A DNA stretch of 62,720 nucleotides, counting the filler. It is 4 parts of 4 records of this genome, joined end to end, with 100 filler letters (N's around TTAATTAATTAA, not from the genome) between each part and the next. Parts side by side here need not be neighbours in the genome. Positions count along the whole stretch, not along the records: positions 1 to 24,437 come from DRR378314_2286; 3 more parts are not named here. One strand, 5' to 3'. The position numbers and the translations under genes are program-made. This document shows positions 12,014 to 24,437 of this stretch, piece after piece. The notes below the pieces were generated by a model. It saw nothing but the letters and a program-made list of their open reading frames with translations, did not search any database and was not told the DNA's origin. Position 1 is the first letter of the stretch, and every line of letters starts with the position of its first letter.

Positions 12014-15000
12014 ATGGCGCACACGCGACAGGCGTTTTGGATTGCGCTTGTAGCGCTTCTTGCTGTAGCGACGGCGGCGAAGTCGTCACTGCAGGAGAAA
12101 GTATCGTATTTCGATGGAGAATTTGTTGCCGAATCGCTGGCGAACGAGCAAACTGGGCGCTTTACTGCGCGCAGCGGGCTGGTAAACTCCGCGCTCGGCA
12201 GCGAGGAAGACAGTTTTGTTTCGTTGCTTGCCGCTGCGGGTTCGAGCAAAGGCGTACGTTCTTCTTCACCGCGGCTGCACAGCGCCTGAGAGCACGCGCC
12301 TCTGTTTGCAGCTTCCCTACGCGCCTCGAGCTCTCTCGTCCCGGACCTTCTCGTTGGTGTGCGTGGCGTAGATGAGGCGTCGCCTTTGCGGCTGCATATG
12401 TTTGTGATAGCTCTATGCCTTGAAGCAGTATGCGATCGCATTGGCTTCGCGAGTCAGAACGCCACAGTCTGGAGGGCGAGGTGTTGCAGGAGCATCCGGT
12501 TCCGCTTCCCCGCGCTCGCGCTGATGCACCTGCTCTGGGCGCGCGCTGGCTCGTCGAATGTGGCGTCGCAGTGCACAAGGAGCCGTCCTCTTCTTGCGGC
12601 CGTGCGTTGCTAGCGTCTCTTTTATGTAGAGCCGTTTCGAGTGCCCCTTCAGTTCTTTTTGCGCGCGTAGATCCGTGGAATTTCATGTATACATATATTT
12701 TTAGCAACTATGATTTTGCTCGGCGCAAGTGCCGATGCTATACGAGTTGCCCTGGACTAGATTCGGCTGTCGCCGTGGCAGTGTCCGTGACAGGCTGCGC
12801 CGAGATGTGGCGGTGGCCAGCTTGTCCGGGTTGGCTCTGCGCCGTTCTTTTCCGTTTCGTTGGCGGCCCCCCTGAGCCGCGCGTGCGGAATACGCCGCGG
12901 CCTGGCCACCTTTGCGTGCATAAAGCCGGATATCAGCCGCATGTGTAGCAGAGTAGTATTGTGAATCTTGTTTGGGGGCGTTTATTTTACAAAACACTGT
13001 TGAACTAGGCGCACGTCATCGTTCTACTCTTGCCGGCGCCCACGGAAGGTTCTGCTGATACTGCCCTGGTGCCCGAGTGGTGCGCGTGCGCGCCCATACC
13101 CCAAGAGCCGAGTGCGTCGCAGCCGCATCGCCTTTGCCTGCGCTGGCGCGCACTGCTGCACAGCTCCCCCGCACACTTCCCTCGTGCGTCGCTTTTTTAT
13201 CGTTGGTGCGTGTCTCGTACGAAATCTATGCAAAGTAATGATATATATTTAATTTTGTAGACAGGATGGTGTGTTTCTGTCCTTTGTGCAGCCGAGCATC
13301 TACCTCGCGTTTGTGTTCCTGTGCTGTCGTCCACGAACCCACAGGCCTACCGTTCCGCAGCGCAGTGCGAGCTTGCGGTCTTGGTGTGCGGTTCGCAGAA
13401 TCCTCATTGCAATGTCTGGGCGACTGAAGTGGCGGAGTAGGGTTACGTAAATATCACAGTTGTGTTCATTGACGAACGCACGTTGCTCGCCATGGCGTAG
13501 TGGCTGGCAAGCGGGGTTGGCCCTTGCCTACGGGATCGTGTGTTTGTTTTTTTTTTTTTTTGTTGGCGTTTCGGATGCACGCGTGGGAGATGAAAAGAGT
13601 GCTTATATGTGATCTCATGTGTTTTACCGTAGCGCACACGCCAGAACTGGCAGAGCAAGGACGTTTCGTGCGCCGCGACTGCGTGGTCTGTGCGACAGAA
13701 CTTTCGTGTTCTGGTGGGCAGCCCTGCTTCTTTGCCCCACCCTACCAGCATAGCGCACCGCCGCTCCGCCAGTGCCCTTTTTTCACCGTGAAACTGCAAT
13801 TCCGCTTTCCTATCGCATGATTTCGCGCCACCGATCTTGCTTTAGAGAATTGGATTGGTGATTTGGAGAACCATTCCTCGCACATCGTTTTTTCGGCGGC
13901 GTACCGCTTCCGTTGAGAAAACCGTCTGTCCTGGAACGACCTGTTGCGTTAACCCGCTGGCTATTTCCGTGCGCACACTGCGCGTGCCGCCCGCCCCTTT
14001 TTTTTCTCTTTTTTTTTTCGTCGCACCGGCCTTGCAGCATCTGCACGACTTTTCAGCCGTGATCAAGGTCCTACAGACTGTAATCAAGCAGCTAAAGGAG
14101 GAAGTGACCACGGCGCACGGCCACCTCGAACGCGAGCGCGCGGAGCGAAAGAAGCTGTTGCTCGAGAAGATTGCTGCTCGTGAGCTCTGGGACCAAGCTG
14201 AAAAGGCGCTGGAGCTCCGCACCGGTCAGTGCAAGACGACTAAGAAAGACTGCAAGGAACTTTTTGAGCAGCACAAAAAGGAGCGCGAGCTCATTCAGAA
14301 GATGTTTGAGCTCCTGAAGAAACTCTCGTCCGAGGGAAAGCGCTCTGGAAGCAGTGGCAAGGGAGCGGTCTTTGCGGACTTGTCGTTCATGAGCACGCAG
14401 CTGTCGAACAGCCCCGTGTTTGCCGCCGCGGACGAAACAAACGAGGCGGGGCAGCAGCTGTCGGAGCTGCTGTTGCGCGTGACGCGGCTTGCGGCGATGT
14501 CGCCAGAGCAGAGGCATCAGGAGGCCACGCAAATCTGGAAACTGCTTGAAGATATTCTGAAGCGTCTTGACGCAGAGGAGAAGGACTGCACGGACAAGAT
14601 GAAGAAGTGCGATGTCGATCTGAAGCAGCTGAGCTCTGATGCCGAAAAGAAGAAGGCACTGTCCAAGCTTGCGGACGCCAAGTACGACGAGCAGGACGGC
14701 AAGGTGAAGGAGGCAGAGAAGTTCAACGGTGAATCCAAGGCCACCGTCGAAAAGGCGATTCCTTTCCTGGAGCACCTGATCAAGACGCTCTCCGGAAATG
14801 GCAAGGCTGGCGATTTCGAAACCGACAAGGAGAAAAAGTTGCGCGAAGAGAATGAGAAGCTGAAGAAGGAACTGGAAGACCTGAAGCGCAAGAATGGCCA
14901 CCTCGAAAAAGAAGTTGCAGAGGACGAGAAAAAGGAGAAGATCGAGGAGGAAAAGAAGCGCGCGAAGGAACAGGCCGCTGCAGATCGCGAAAAACGCGAA

Positions 15001-18000
15001 GAGCAGCAGGAGGCTGAGCGCAAGAAGCTTAATGACAAGGTTGATGAAGCGCGGCAGAAGTCTGAAAAGGCCGATGAAGCGGCAAAGAAGGCGTGCGATA
15101 AGAGCTCTGGCTCGTACTCGGCAGCGACGTGCGAACAGGCGAAGAAAGCGGCAAAAGACGCCAAGGACGACCTTGACAAAGCAGAGAAAGAGCGCGAAGA
15201 TGCTCTCGAGCGGCAGAGTGAGGCGGACCGCAACGCCCGGGAGCAGGAGCGTGCCGTGCATGAGCAGCATCGTGAGAAAGAAGAGAAGCATCTCAAAGAC
15301 GTACGTTGCTGTTGGGATAAGTTCAGATTAGCACTCCTCCTTCCCGGCCTTGCGATCTTTTCGTTGCGGCGTTCGCTCAGAGGCCGCAAGTGCAGTACAG
15401 CACGCTGGCGTTGCCGCCAGACGCAGATTGTGATACAGCGACGATGACTCGCCTTCCCTGCTTCACCTTTCCTACTTTCGATGCGGAGCACAGCGCGGCC
15501 TGTCGCCGTCGCTGACCTCGCGGTCGGCGTGGTCGTTCACATCACCAAGAGCGTTTCAGCGGATGTATGCAGGGTAGGCGAGCCGTGGCTGCTGCAGTGT
15601 GCACTGCCTAGCGAAAGACATGCTCTTCTGCACGAATCAGTAGTGGCCATTTCATGGCCCCGATGCCGCATTCTCGAGCTGGTTTTTCCTCTTCTTTCTT
15701 GTTCTCTCTTTTTTTTTTTCTTTCTTGTGCCGTGACTTGTGCTGGTTACTTTCGTTGAAGTGCAGAACAGTCTCTTTTATTTCCCGACATAGATATACGA
15801 TTTCTGACGCGTTAATATTTTCATGTTCCTTTCCTTTCCTCTCCTTGCCGTTCTTTCTGCTGTAGTCTGTGGACGCGCAGAAGAAGCGCAACGACGAGGC
15901 TGCCAAGGCTGAGGATGCCGCCGAGAAGGAGCGCGAGCAGAAGCGCAAAGCAGCGGAGGATGAGATCAAGAAGCAGCTGGACGAGCTTAAGAAAAAGCAC
16001 GATGGTGAGCGCGAGAAAGAAAAGGCCGAGTCTGACAAGGCCACCGGCAAGCAGAAGGAAGCCGAGGAGAAGCTTAACAAGGAAATCGAGGACCTGAAGA
16101 AGCAGATTGAGAAAGAGCGTGAAAAGCAGACCGAGAATCTTCAAAAGGAAGCTAACAAGCGCCAGGAGGAAGTTGATAGCAAGGAAGATGAAATCACGAA
16201 GAAGAAAGCGGCCGAGGATGAAGAGGATCGTAAGAAGATCAGCGAGGCCGAGAAGGCGGCGGAGAAGGCGAAAGAGGCTCTTGATAAGCTGCAGAATGAC
16301 AATAAGGCGGAGGCTGCCAAAGAGAAGATTGCGCAAGACTCGCGCGACCAAGGCCGCAAGGACAAGGAGGATGATCTCCGCAAGGAGGTCAGCAAGCAGG
16401 TTGGCGAAGATGCGGAGAAGAAAGTCAAGGAAAAGGCTGCATACGATGCCAGCGAGAAGGACCGCCAGGAGGCTGAGAAGAAGGCGCAGGATGCGCTTGA
16501 GAAGGCGAAGAAGGAGAGCGCCGAGGCTGCCGCCAAGGAAGCCGAAGCGAACAAGATCGCTGAAGAAGCTCGCAAGAAGGAAGAGGACGCCGCTGCAAAG
16601 AAGGTTTCGGATGCAGAGAAGGCAGCGGAGACCGCGTGCTCGTCCTCCTCATCCTCGTCGTCGTCGGGTAGCTCTGGGTCCGGCTCTGGGTTGCTGAGCT
16701 TCCTCGGCCTTGGTGCAAGTGATGCGTGCACGGAGGCCAAGAAAAAGGTCGACGAGGCGAAAAAGGCACTCGAGGATCTGAAGAAGAAGAATGACCAGGC
16801 CCGCGAAGAGGCCGCAAAGAAGGCCGCCGAGGAGAAGAAGAAGCGCGATGCTGCCGAGGAGGCGCTGAAGAAGGCGCTGGACGACCTCAAGAAGAAGAAC
16901 GACGAGGCAAGGGCCGAAGAAAAGAAGAAGATGGACGAAGCGCAGGCTGAACGCCAGAAGAAGATCGACGAGGCAAAGAAGGCGCTCGAAGAGCTTCAGA
17001 AGAAGCACAAGGATGCGTCGGATGCGGAGGACAAGACGAACGACGCCGCGGAAAAGAAGCGCCGCGAAGCCGAAGAGGCCGCCAAAAAGGCGCTCGACGA
17101 TGCGAAGAAGGCGCTCGAAGAGCTCAAGAAGAAACTCGCCGAGGAGGCTGCAGCGCGTGAAAAGGCGCGTAAAGCGGAGCTTGAGAAGCTTAAGAAGATC
17201 GCTGACGATGCCAAGAAGGCTGCAAAGGACGAGAAGAAGGCTGCCGAGGCGCGCGAGCAGGAGCGCAAGGATCGCGCTGATGCTGCCAAGAAGGCCTTTG
17301 ACGAGCAAACGAAGCGGATCGAGGCGGATCGCGCCGCCGACAAGGCAGCCGCCGATGCGCGCGAAAAGGCGCGCAAGGATGCCGAAAAGGCTGCGCAGGA
17401 AAAAGCAGACTCCGCAAAGAAGAACGCTGAGACTGCGTGCGGGAAAGACGTGTCGAGCTCCGCGTGCAAAGAAGGCCTTGAAAAGCACAAGGAAGCGGCG
17501 AAAGAGGTTGAGAAGCTGAAGGAGAAGCACGGCAAGGAGGCCGGCGAGGAAGAAGCTGCCGCTAAGAAGAAGGAGGAAGAGCGTAAGAAGGCGCTCGACA
17601 AGGCCAAAGAGGAGCTCGATAAGGCGCGAGAGCAGAATGAGAAGGAGGCAAAAGAAGACGCCGAGGCGAAGAAGCGCCTGGATGATCTTAAGAAGCAGCT
17701 TGAGGATAAGCAGAAGGAGCTTGACGATCTGAAGAAGGAGCACGGCAACAACACCGCCAAGAATGATGCTGAGCAGAAGAAGCGCGATGCTGAGCGCAAG
17801 AAGAAGGAGGACGAGCTGAAGAAGAAGCTCGACGACCTCCAGGCACAGCACGAGCGCGAGCGCGCTGCCGAGGCTGAGAAGCGCAAGAAGGCGGACCAGG
17901 AGCGCAAGGAGAAGCTCGATGAGCGCGAGGGCGAGTACAAGCAAGCAAAGGACCGCAACGATGCCGCGCGCGAAGCGGACAAGAAAGCAAAGGAGCTTGA

Positions 18001-18988
18001 CGACAAGGAGAAGGCGCTCGAGAAGGCGCTCGAAGAAGCACGCCGCAACGTCAAGGATGGCGCGCAGAAGGATAAGGAAGACGCTGAGCGCAAGGCCAAG
18101 CTGCGCGAACAGGCGGAGCAGGAGGCGCAAAAGAAGGCTGACGAGGCGCAAAAGAAGGCCGATGCATGCAAGGGCAGCTCGTCTTCAAGCTCTTCCAGCA
18201 CGTCCTCGGGCACGTCTTCGTCGAGCAGCGAGAAGTGCCCCAAGGGCTGCATGCTGTACTTCGATGGGTGCCGCACCTGCTATTGCGGCGACGACGGCAC
18301 GATGAAGCAGTGCACTGGCACTGCCGGATGCGCGAACAAGGAGTCGCCGCACTGCAAGAAGTTCTCTCTTTTGCGCCACGTGGATGCGTTCGTCGATGCT
18401 TCTGCAGGCAGCGGGGCAGAGGATTCTCAGCTCGATGAAGTCAGCGATGGCTTCTCCGAGGATCTGGGCGCCACGTCGTCCGAGTCGTGCGAAGATCTGA
18501 AAGAGAAGGCGGCACAGCTCAAGAAGGAGCTGGAGGATCTGAAGGCAAAGAACGCCAAGGATGCGAAGAAGGAGGCCGAGGACGCCAAGACGCGCCAGCA
18601 GGAGCGCGAAAACAAGGTTGCTGATTTGGAGAAGCAGCTGCGTGACCTTCGCAACGAGATCCGCCGTAATGAAGAGCGCAAGCTCAGCAGCGACAAGAAA
18701 GACGCCAAGATCGGCGACCTGGAGAAGAAGCTGGGAACGTGCGAGAAGGAGCGCAGTGACCTGAAAAAGGAACTCGCCGCGCAGTCGTCGACTAAGAAGA
18801 CGGCGGCGGCGCCGCTTCTGGGCGCTCACGCCGATGAGCAGTCCGCCGCTCGCGCGGACGCGCGTGATGCCTTCAGCAAGCTCCAAGACGAAGAGAGCGC
18901 CCTCGAGAAACTCCGCACCGAGCACTTCGATGCAGACAATGTAGATGCGGCGGCCCTTTTCAACGTTGGCGACGAAAATGAGCAGTAG
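12014..18988 (+). CDS. ~1,540-aa secreted Lys/Glu/Ala-rich coiled-coil protein (3 exons) with Cys-flanked Ser loops and a pacifastin-like Cys knot
   Basis: Exons are 12014-12253 (signal peptide MAHTRQAFWIALVALLAVATAA; donor GTACGT), 14038-15300 (polypyrimidine + TTGCAG acceptor; donor GTACGT) and 15866-18988 (polypyrimidine + TGTAG acceptor; TAG stop). All junctions are phase 0. This joins track ORFs 13855..15447 and 15869..18988. The exon 1 link across a 1.78-kb intron is inferred. Confidence 0.8.
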
Positions 18989-20372
18989 GCGCATCAGTGG
19001 CGCTGCTGCTTGGTCGGAATCGCGTGCCAGAGCGCTGCCTCGGGTCTCGGGCGAGCGGGCCCACTGCTGACTAGCACGGGCACCGCCTCGCTCTGCCTCC
19101 GCGCGTCGCTGTGTGCGGCGTTGTCTGCGGCGTCTGCCGCTGGCGACTCTGCCGCCAAGCCCGGTGCCTTTTCCACCAACAACTGCCCCGTGCTGCCGGA
19201 GTTGTGCCATGGGCGGAGACTGAGCCATTTTATCTGATTTGGACTCGAAGACGCCATGGGGTGCAATCTTGCTTGCATTGGTGCGTGTGCTATTTTTGTG
19301 CGTGAGCTATTTTTTGTGCGTGTGCCTTGCAGTATCGCCCCGCGTGCATACTGTACGCAGGCGTGTGTCTGTGTGTGCGCATGCGTGTTTCTGTTTGTTT
19401 TCTACTGTACCCGTCTGTAACACATGCATGGGTAGTGGAGCCGTTTGCCGTTGCTTCATTTCAGCTCAGCAGTGCAGAAGAGCTGAAGGCCTTGGAATGG
19501 CGAAGGTTCGGGAGTTGCCGTTGCGGGCAGCTTGCCGGTACCCAGTGCTGCCGCTCGAGGGCGCGCGTGGCTTCTCTTTTTCCGCGTGTGTGCGTGGCCA
19601 AGCGTGCACAAGTGATGCGTGCGTTGAAAGAGTGCCGCCCGGATCGTATCCTGTGCGTCGCTCTTAGATGGCGGCACACGAGCTGTGCTTTCACGGCGCA
19701 CCGTGAACAGCGCAGCTGGTGCGCGCTTTCGAAGCATCCCTGTGCGCTTCCCTCGCTGTCGGACAAGATTGCCTTGGCGGCCTTGCGATGCGGTCCGTAC
19801 TGTTTTCCCTTAGCGAAGACTCGCTATATTTGCCCTAAGTTTCTTTTTTTTTTGTGGCAGCTGATTGAATGTATTTGCGTCGGCTGAGAGTCGCCTTGAG
19901 ACTCTCTGCGAAGCTTCGCTTGCAGTAAATGTGCAGCGCTTCGCTGCTCGGTTTCCATACATGGGTCTGACGGTTTTGTTCGTCTTCAAATGGCACGTTG
20001 CATCACATGTCCGACTGCAATTCCTTCTCTCGTCCTCGGCCGCTGCCAATCGAGCGCAATGGATTTACAACGCACACGTCCCACGGATAGCATCGGGATC
20101 GAAAAGGGATTCTGGCGATTCCCGCCGGCTGGGGTGCTCTCCGGTAGTCTCGGCTCCCAGAACGGACGGCGGCGCCAGGAATCGGCGCTGCCGTCAACCT
20201 ACATCCTAAACCGAATTGGTGCACGGCGCGCTCCCGCCACACGGCGCGCGGAAGCGGGTGGCCGGCGTGAGACTCGCTAGCAGTTGCAGTGCTGCCGACT
20301 TCCTCGCCAGTGCAGAGCGCCTTTGGAGCCTCTCTGTTTGTTGCACGTGCGCCACTGTGTCAGGTAATCACC

Positions 20373-23300
20373 ATGTCTTCCTCCAGCACATACTTGACAT
20401 CATTGCAGACGAAGTTTCCTGTCCACAGCGGCCTGATTGAGGAAATTACTGGCCTTCAGCAACGTCGGTGCGTTTGCGTTTGGCTGTGGGCACCCGGGCT
20501 GTGCCGCACAGCTACCGGTTCACGCGCGGGTGCGCCGTCACGTCGCGCAGCTCAACACGCGCCCTCGCGCCCCTCTCCGGCTCTCTTCTGTGACGAGCTT
20601 GTGTTCGGAAAGTGCAGAATATGTCCCTCTGCATACACATGTGAAGTAGTGCTCACATGTCGACAGCGCTTTGTGCATTCAGTACCCTGGTAGGATCCGT
20701 TGCCGACCTTGCCTTGTCCGTTCCCGAGAAAAAGGACGTTCTCTTGTGGTTGCCAGCGAAAGGCCGTGCGCGCGGTGCGTAGCCAGTGCAGGGCTCAGCT
20801 ACACGCTGTACCTCGCCCCAGCGACTGTGAGCGCTCCTCCTTTCCCGCGGAAAGCTTCACCGTATCTTTCCACGTGTATACCGCAACGTAGATCGCCAGT
20901 GTGATACACATTCACTCTGTACGTGCTTTGCGTATGGAGGGAAGATGCCTCGCGAAACATTGCGCCTGTGGAACGACGAGCGCGTATTGTCAGCTTCGCG
21001 CGCTCCGAGAGCCACCGACTTTGGCACCGCGCACGCGCACGCGGGGCGCGACACACCCTGCGTGTATGTTACTCTCGCGCACTCTACCCGGCAGTGTACT
21101 CCTCTGGGCACTATATTTCGATGCATGTTTTTAATTGAGTAATTTCGAAGCATGGTGGCGCCTTTGCGTGCGAAAGTCTGTCGCAGCCTTTTGCGGATGA
21201 GTAGTGTGCGCGTGTGAAGTAGCGCCGAGATACTATCGACGCACAGCTGCGTCACTCGGCCGCGCCGCCTGTTCCCGTGTTATGCCCCTTGCTTTCCGCG
21301 CGGCTTCTGCGCTGCAGATGGCAGACGGCTGTCGCATCGTGTCCTTTGCTGCACAGCTTGTGACAGTAAGAAGATGGCTGTGTCTCGCACCTGCGGGGGA
21401 GTTGCCCTTTCTGTCTTTCTGTTACGATTCCCTTGTCGATTACCTTGTGAACCCACGCGACGCCGCCCTTGCTTCTTGCTGCCGATATCGCAGTCTGTGG
21501 CACCAGTTGACCATCAAAGTGGACGATCTCCTGCGCTCGCCAGAGCTCAAGGTACGCGTGATTTACACCATCGAGCGAGCCTTCCATAGTCTTAGAACTT
21601 GTATTCTGCTCTATCAATGGGACGTGGTATCCGGTCCATTTCTTTAGGCAGATGCGCGGTGAAAGATTCGTTGTGGGAAACGCTATTGTGTGCACTTCGT
21701 GGCGTGCATCGCACGCGGATGCTTGCTCCGCCTTGGTGCACCAGCTGACCGCTACTCGTACCTGACGTTTTGCGGTATTGCGTGCAGGATGAAGCTGCCT
21801 CCTTCTACAAAAACTTTCTCGCTGAAATCGAAGCGAAGCTGAGTCCCGTGCGCTGCGCTGCTTTTGCCACGCGCGCCGCAGAAGCGATCACAGGTGCGAG
21901 AGCTGCTGTTACGAAGAGCCGCAGTGCGCGCAACTGTTGGGCACTTGTTCGGCTCGCGGTGGTCAGCGAGCGATGCTCTCGTGTTTCCGGCGCATTTGTC
22001 AGTGCACCATGTGTGCCTTGTTTCGCTCGTCATCCGGTAACCAGGCATATCATTGCTCATTTTCCCCGGTGTCTGGTGCCTCCTCGTTGCGCGAATTTTC
22101 TCGCTCGCAGATGCAAAGGACCGGCTTGCATTCCTCGAGGATGTCTTGTCTCGTGTTGCGGATAAGAAGCGAGTATGTTTCTGAACACACCATACGCAAT
22201 TATACACACTCGGTTTTGTGATAGGTGCCTCCCTATTCTGCATACTTGCAGAAAATAATACAAGTTGCTCGATGTAGGTGAATACTGCGAATCGGGCGCG
22301 CCGCGAGGTGACGCATACCGGATCTCCTCTTACTTGGGCTGGACTGCTGCGCGGAACTTCTGTTTTAGGAGTACCTTGCGACCTCGCGTGATGCTGCGAT
22401 GCTCTTGCGGTCTGAATGTGCCCTGGCGAAGCTCCACGCAGGTGATCCTGTGGTACGATCAGCAGCCTTGTGTGCGCTGGAGCTATAGCACCTGCGTATC
22501 GTACACTGCCTACAGGCTATCAGAGCGGAAGAGTTGGTAGCACCATTCTTGTTGTGTCGACAGTGCGCGCACCTGTCACGCTGTTCATCCATAAATCTAT
22601 CGGTTTTGTACACCCGCGGTTTTTCGCGATGCCGTAGACTTGCAAAAAGGATCTCGACTCCCTGTACGCTGATCTCGAAGGCGTTGCTGGTGTGGAGGCG
22701 CAAGTGCATGCAAGGTACGAGCACTGCTGCTCTCCCCACCGCGGAAGGCAAGCTCGCGCTAGTGCTTAAAGTTGCCCTGCCTGCATTCCATAGTGCTACA
22801 TCTGCCTGTTTACAAAGTTGTCGTTTTATCGCCGACGTGGAATGAATAGACGAGCGTGCTCTTTGTCAAGCTTAGCGAGGCAACATGGCCGCAGTACAGT
22901 AGTGGTAGGGTAACCCCAAGCCAAGGTTTCCGGGCTGTCTGCTTGCTAGGCAACTCGGATTCCGCGACAGACGTGCTGCCCTCGCAAGATGGGAGCGCCT
23001 AAGTGGTCGTTTCGAGAGATGTATTCCGCTACATGGAGAGGGTATTTCTGGAATCGATCGTCCAGTGCATATCAGCGCGAATGCGATTTCCTTCCTGTGG
23101 AGCCTGGCTTGCTGCTGCGATGCTCCCTGACGCAAGGGCAGAGGCTAGGAGCATTGCTGAGAGGCTGATGCGTACTGCTGCCCTCCGCAGTTCGCTTCGC
23201 CGATCTGACAACACCGCTCGTGTTGTTTTCGGGCATATGGCTCTCTGTGTGCCTGGTATAACCCCGGATGTTTCGTAAATCTTGCAGTGTCTATCGCACA

Positions 23301-24205
23301 ACGGCGGAATACTGGCGGACTGGACGTCCGAACCCCGGCGAGTTCTATCGCAGCGGGTTGCTGTTCCTGGCGTATACTCCTACGGAGACACTTGCGGAGG
23401 ACGACCAGGTAATGCACACTTCTTTAGCGCTGACTTGGCTGCTCCGCATTCTGATTGTGCTCGTAAAGCCTTGTGTCTATGCATTGCTTCTGATTCCGCT
23501 ACGAAACACTGACTAATGGCTTACCCATGATTGAAGGCAAGATTGTCATGAGAGGTATAGCGTGGATATTCCCTCTCTTGCGCGTCCGCGTTTGCGTCCA
23601 GTGCCCACCTTATCTCTTTGTGGTGCACACATGCTGGAGCTCGCATTTTTGTTCTGTTGTTGTTGTTGTTGCTGTTGGGCTCATGTTTGTCTGGTTGTCC
23701 TCTTATTTGGTTTTGGAAGGGGAGCGCTCTTGTCTACCGTTGGCGCTGAAATTCGTCACCCCTCAAGTAACTAGTAATCTCACATTTGAGTACTGCGTGA
23801 TTTGTGCGGTACGGGGAACATTCTTTCCAGGTGCAATGGGCATTTGATCTCGGCGTAAGCGCTCTTTTGGGCGACGACGTGTACAACATGGGCGAGCTGG
23901 TACGTTCTTGGGAAGAGCTCTAGTGCGGAGCGGTTGTGCTGCAGCCAGCCAACGCGAAGTGTGGGCGATCGGGTAGTGATATTGGCAACGTTCTTTTGGC
24001 TCTCGTGGAGCTTCTTCTCCGTGTATATTTGCAGAACATGCTCACTTTTCTTTCACATCCGCCTGCCGGTGCGTAGCTGATGCACCCCGTTTTCGAAGCG
24101 TTGACGGCGGACAAGAAGCATGGCTGGATGTCCAAGGTGCTATCTGCGTTCAACGCCGGTCGAGTGGGCGACTTTAATTCGCTTGTGAAGGCAAACTCCA
24201 CTCAG
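20373..24205 (+). CDS. RPN9: 26S proteasome lid subunit RPN9/PSMD13, 9 exons, 3' partial at the contig end
   Basis: Phase-consistent exons 20373-20467, 21494-21551 (LWHQLTIKVDDLL), 21788-21893 (FYKNFLAEIEAKLSP), 22111-22172, 22369-22452, 22638-22714 (GVEAQVHAS), 23288-23408 (EFYRSGLLFLAY), 23831-23899 (AFDLGVSALLGDDVYNMGEL) and 24077-24205 (LMHPVFEAL...W...LSAFNAG). These are all characteristic PSMD13 motifs. Confidence 0.93.
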
Positions 24206-24401
24206 GTATGTGCGATTTCATCCCTACGCCGAAACTCCTTCCTTGCCAGCCTCCATGAGCGGGTGCTCGTTGCCACTCCCCCCTCGGATACAGAGAACGC
24301 CGTAGCCGTTATTTTTCTCGACGCGGTCGGTGGTAGCAATATTATTTTGTAGCGGGGAGTTGTTGTTTGTACTGGTGTCACTGCTTCAGTTGATACTACT
24401 A

Positions 24402-24437
24402 CTGCTGCGGCTGCTGCTGCTGCTGCTGCTGCTGCTG
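24402..24437. repeat. (CTG)n microsatellite at the contig end
   Basis: A CTG/GCT run leads directly into the N spacer and is the likely cause of the assembly break. It lies in an RPN9 intron. Confidence 0.85.

Noticed and set aside
12254-14037. Possible nested gene or ncRNA in the 1.78-kb intron
   Set aside because: No coding bias, box motifs or structure that I can support.
14092-19228. Long minus-strand ORFs (399, 324, 500, 426 and 347 aa) rich in L/F/S
   Set aside because: They are antisense shadows of the AAG/GAG/GCN-rich coiled-coil gene, with no independent features.
20108-20183. Possible nested hairpin (GATTCTGGCG...CGCCAGGAATC) upstream of RPN9
   Set aside because: Imperfect pairing is expected by chance at this GC content; it resembles no RNA family I recognise.
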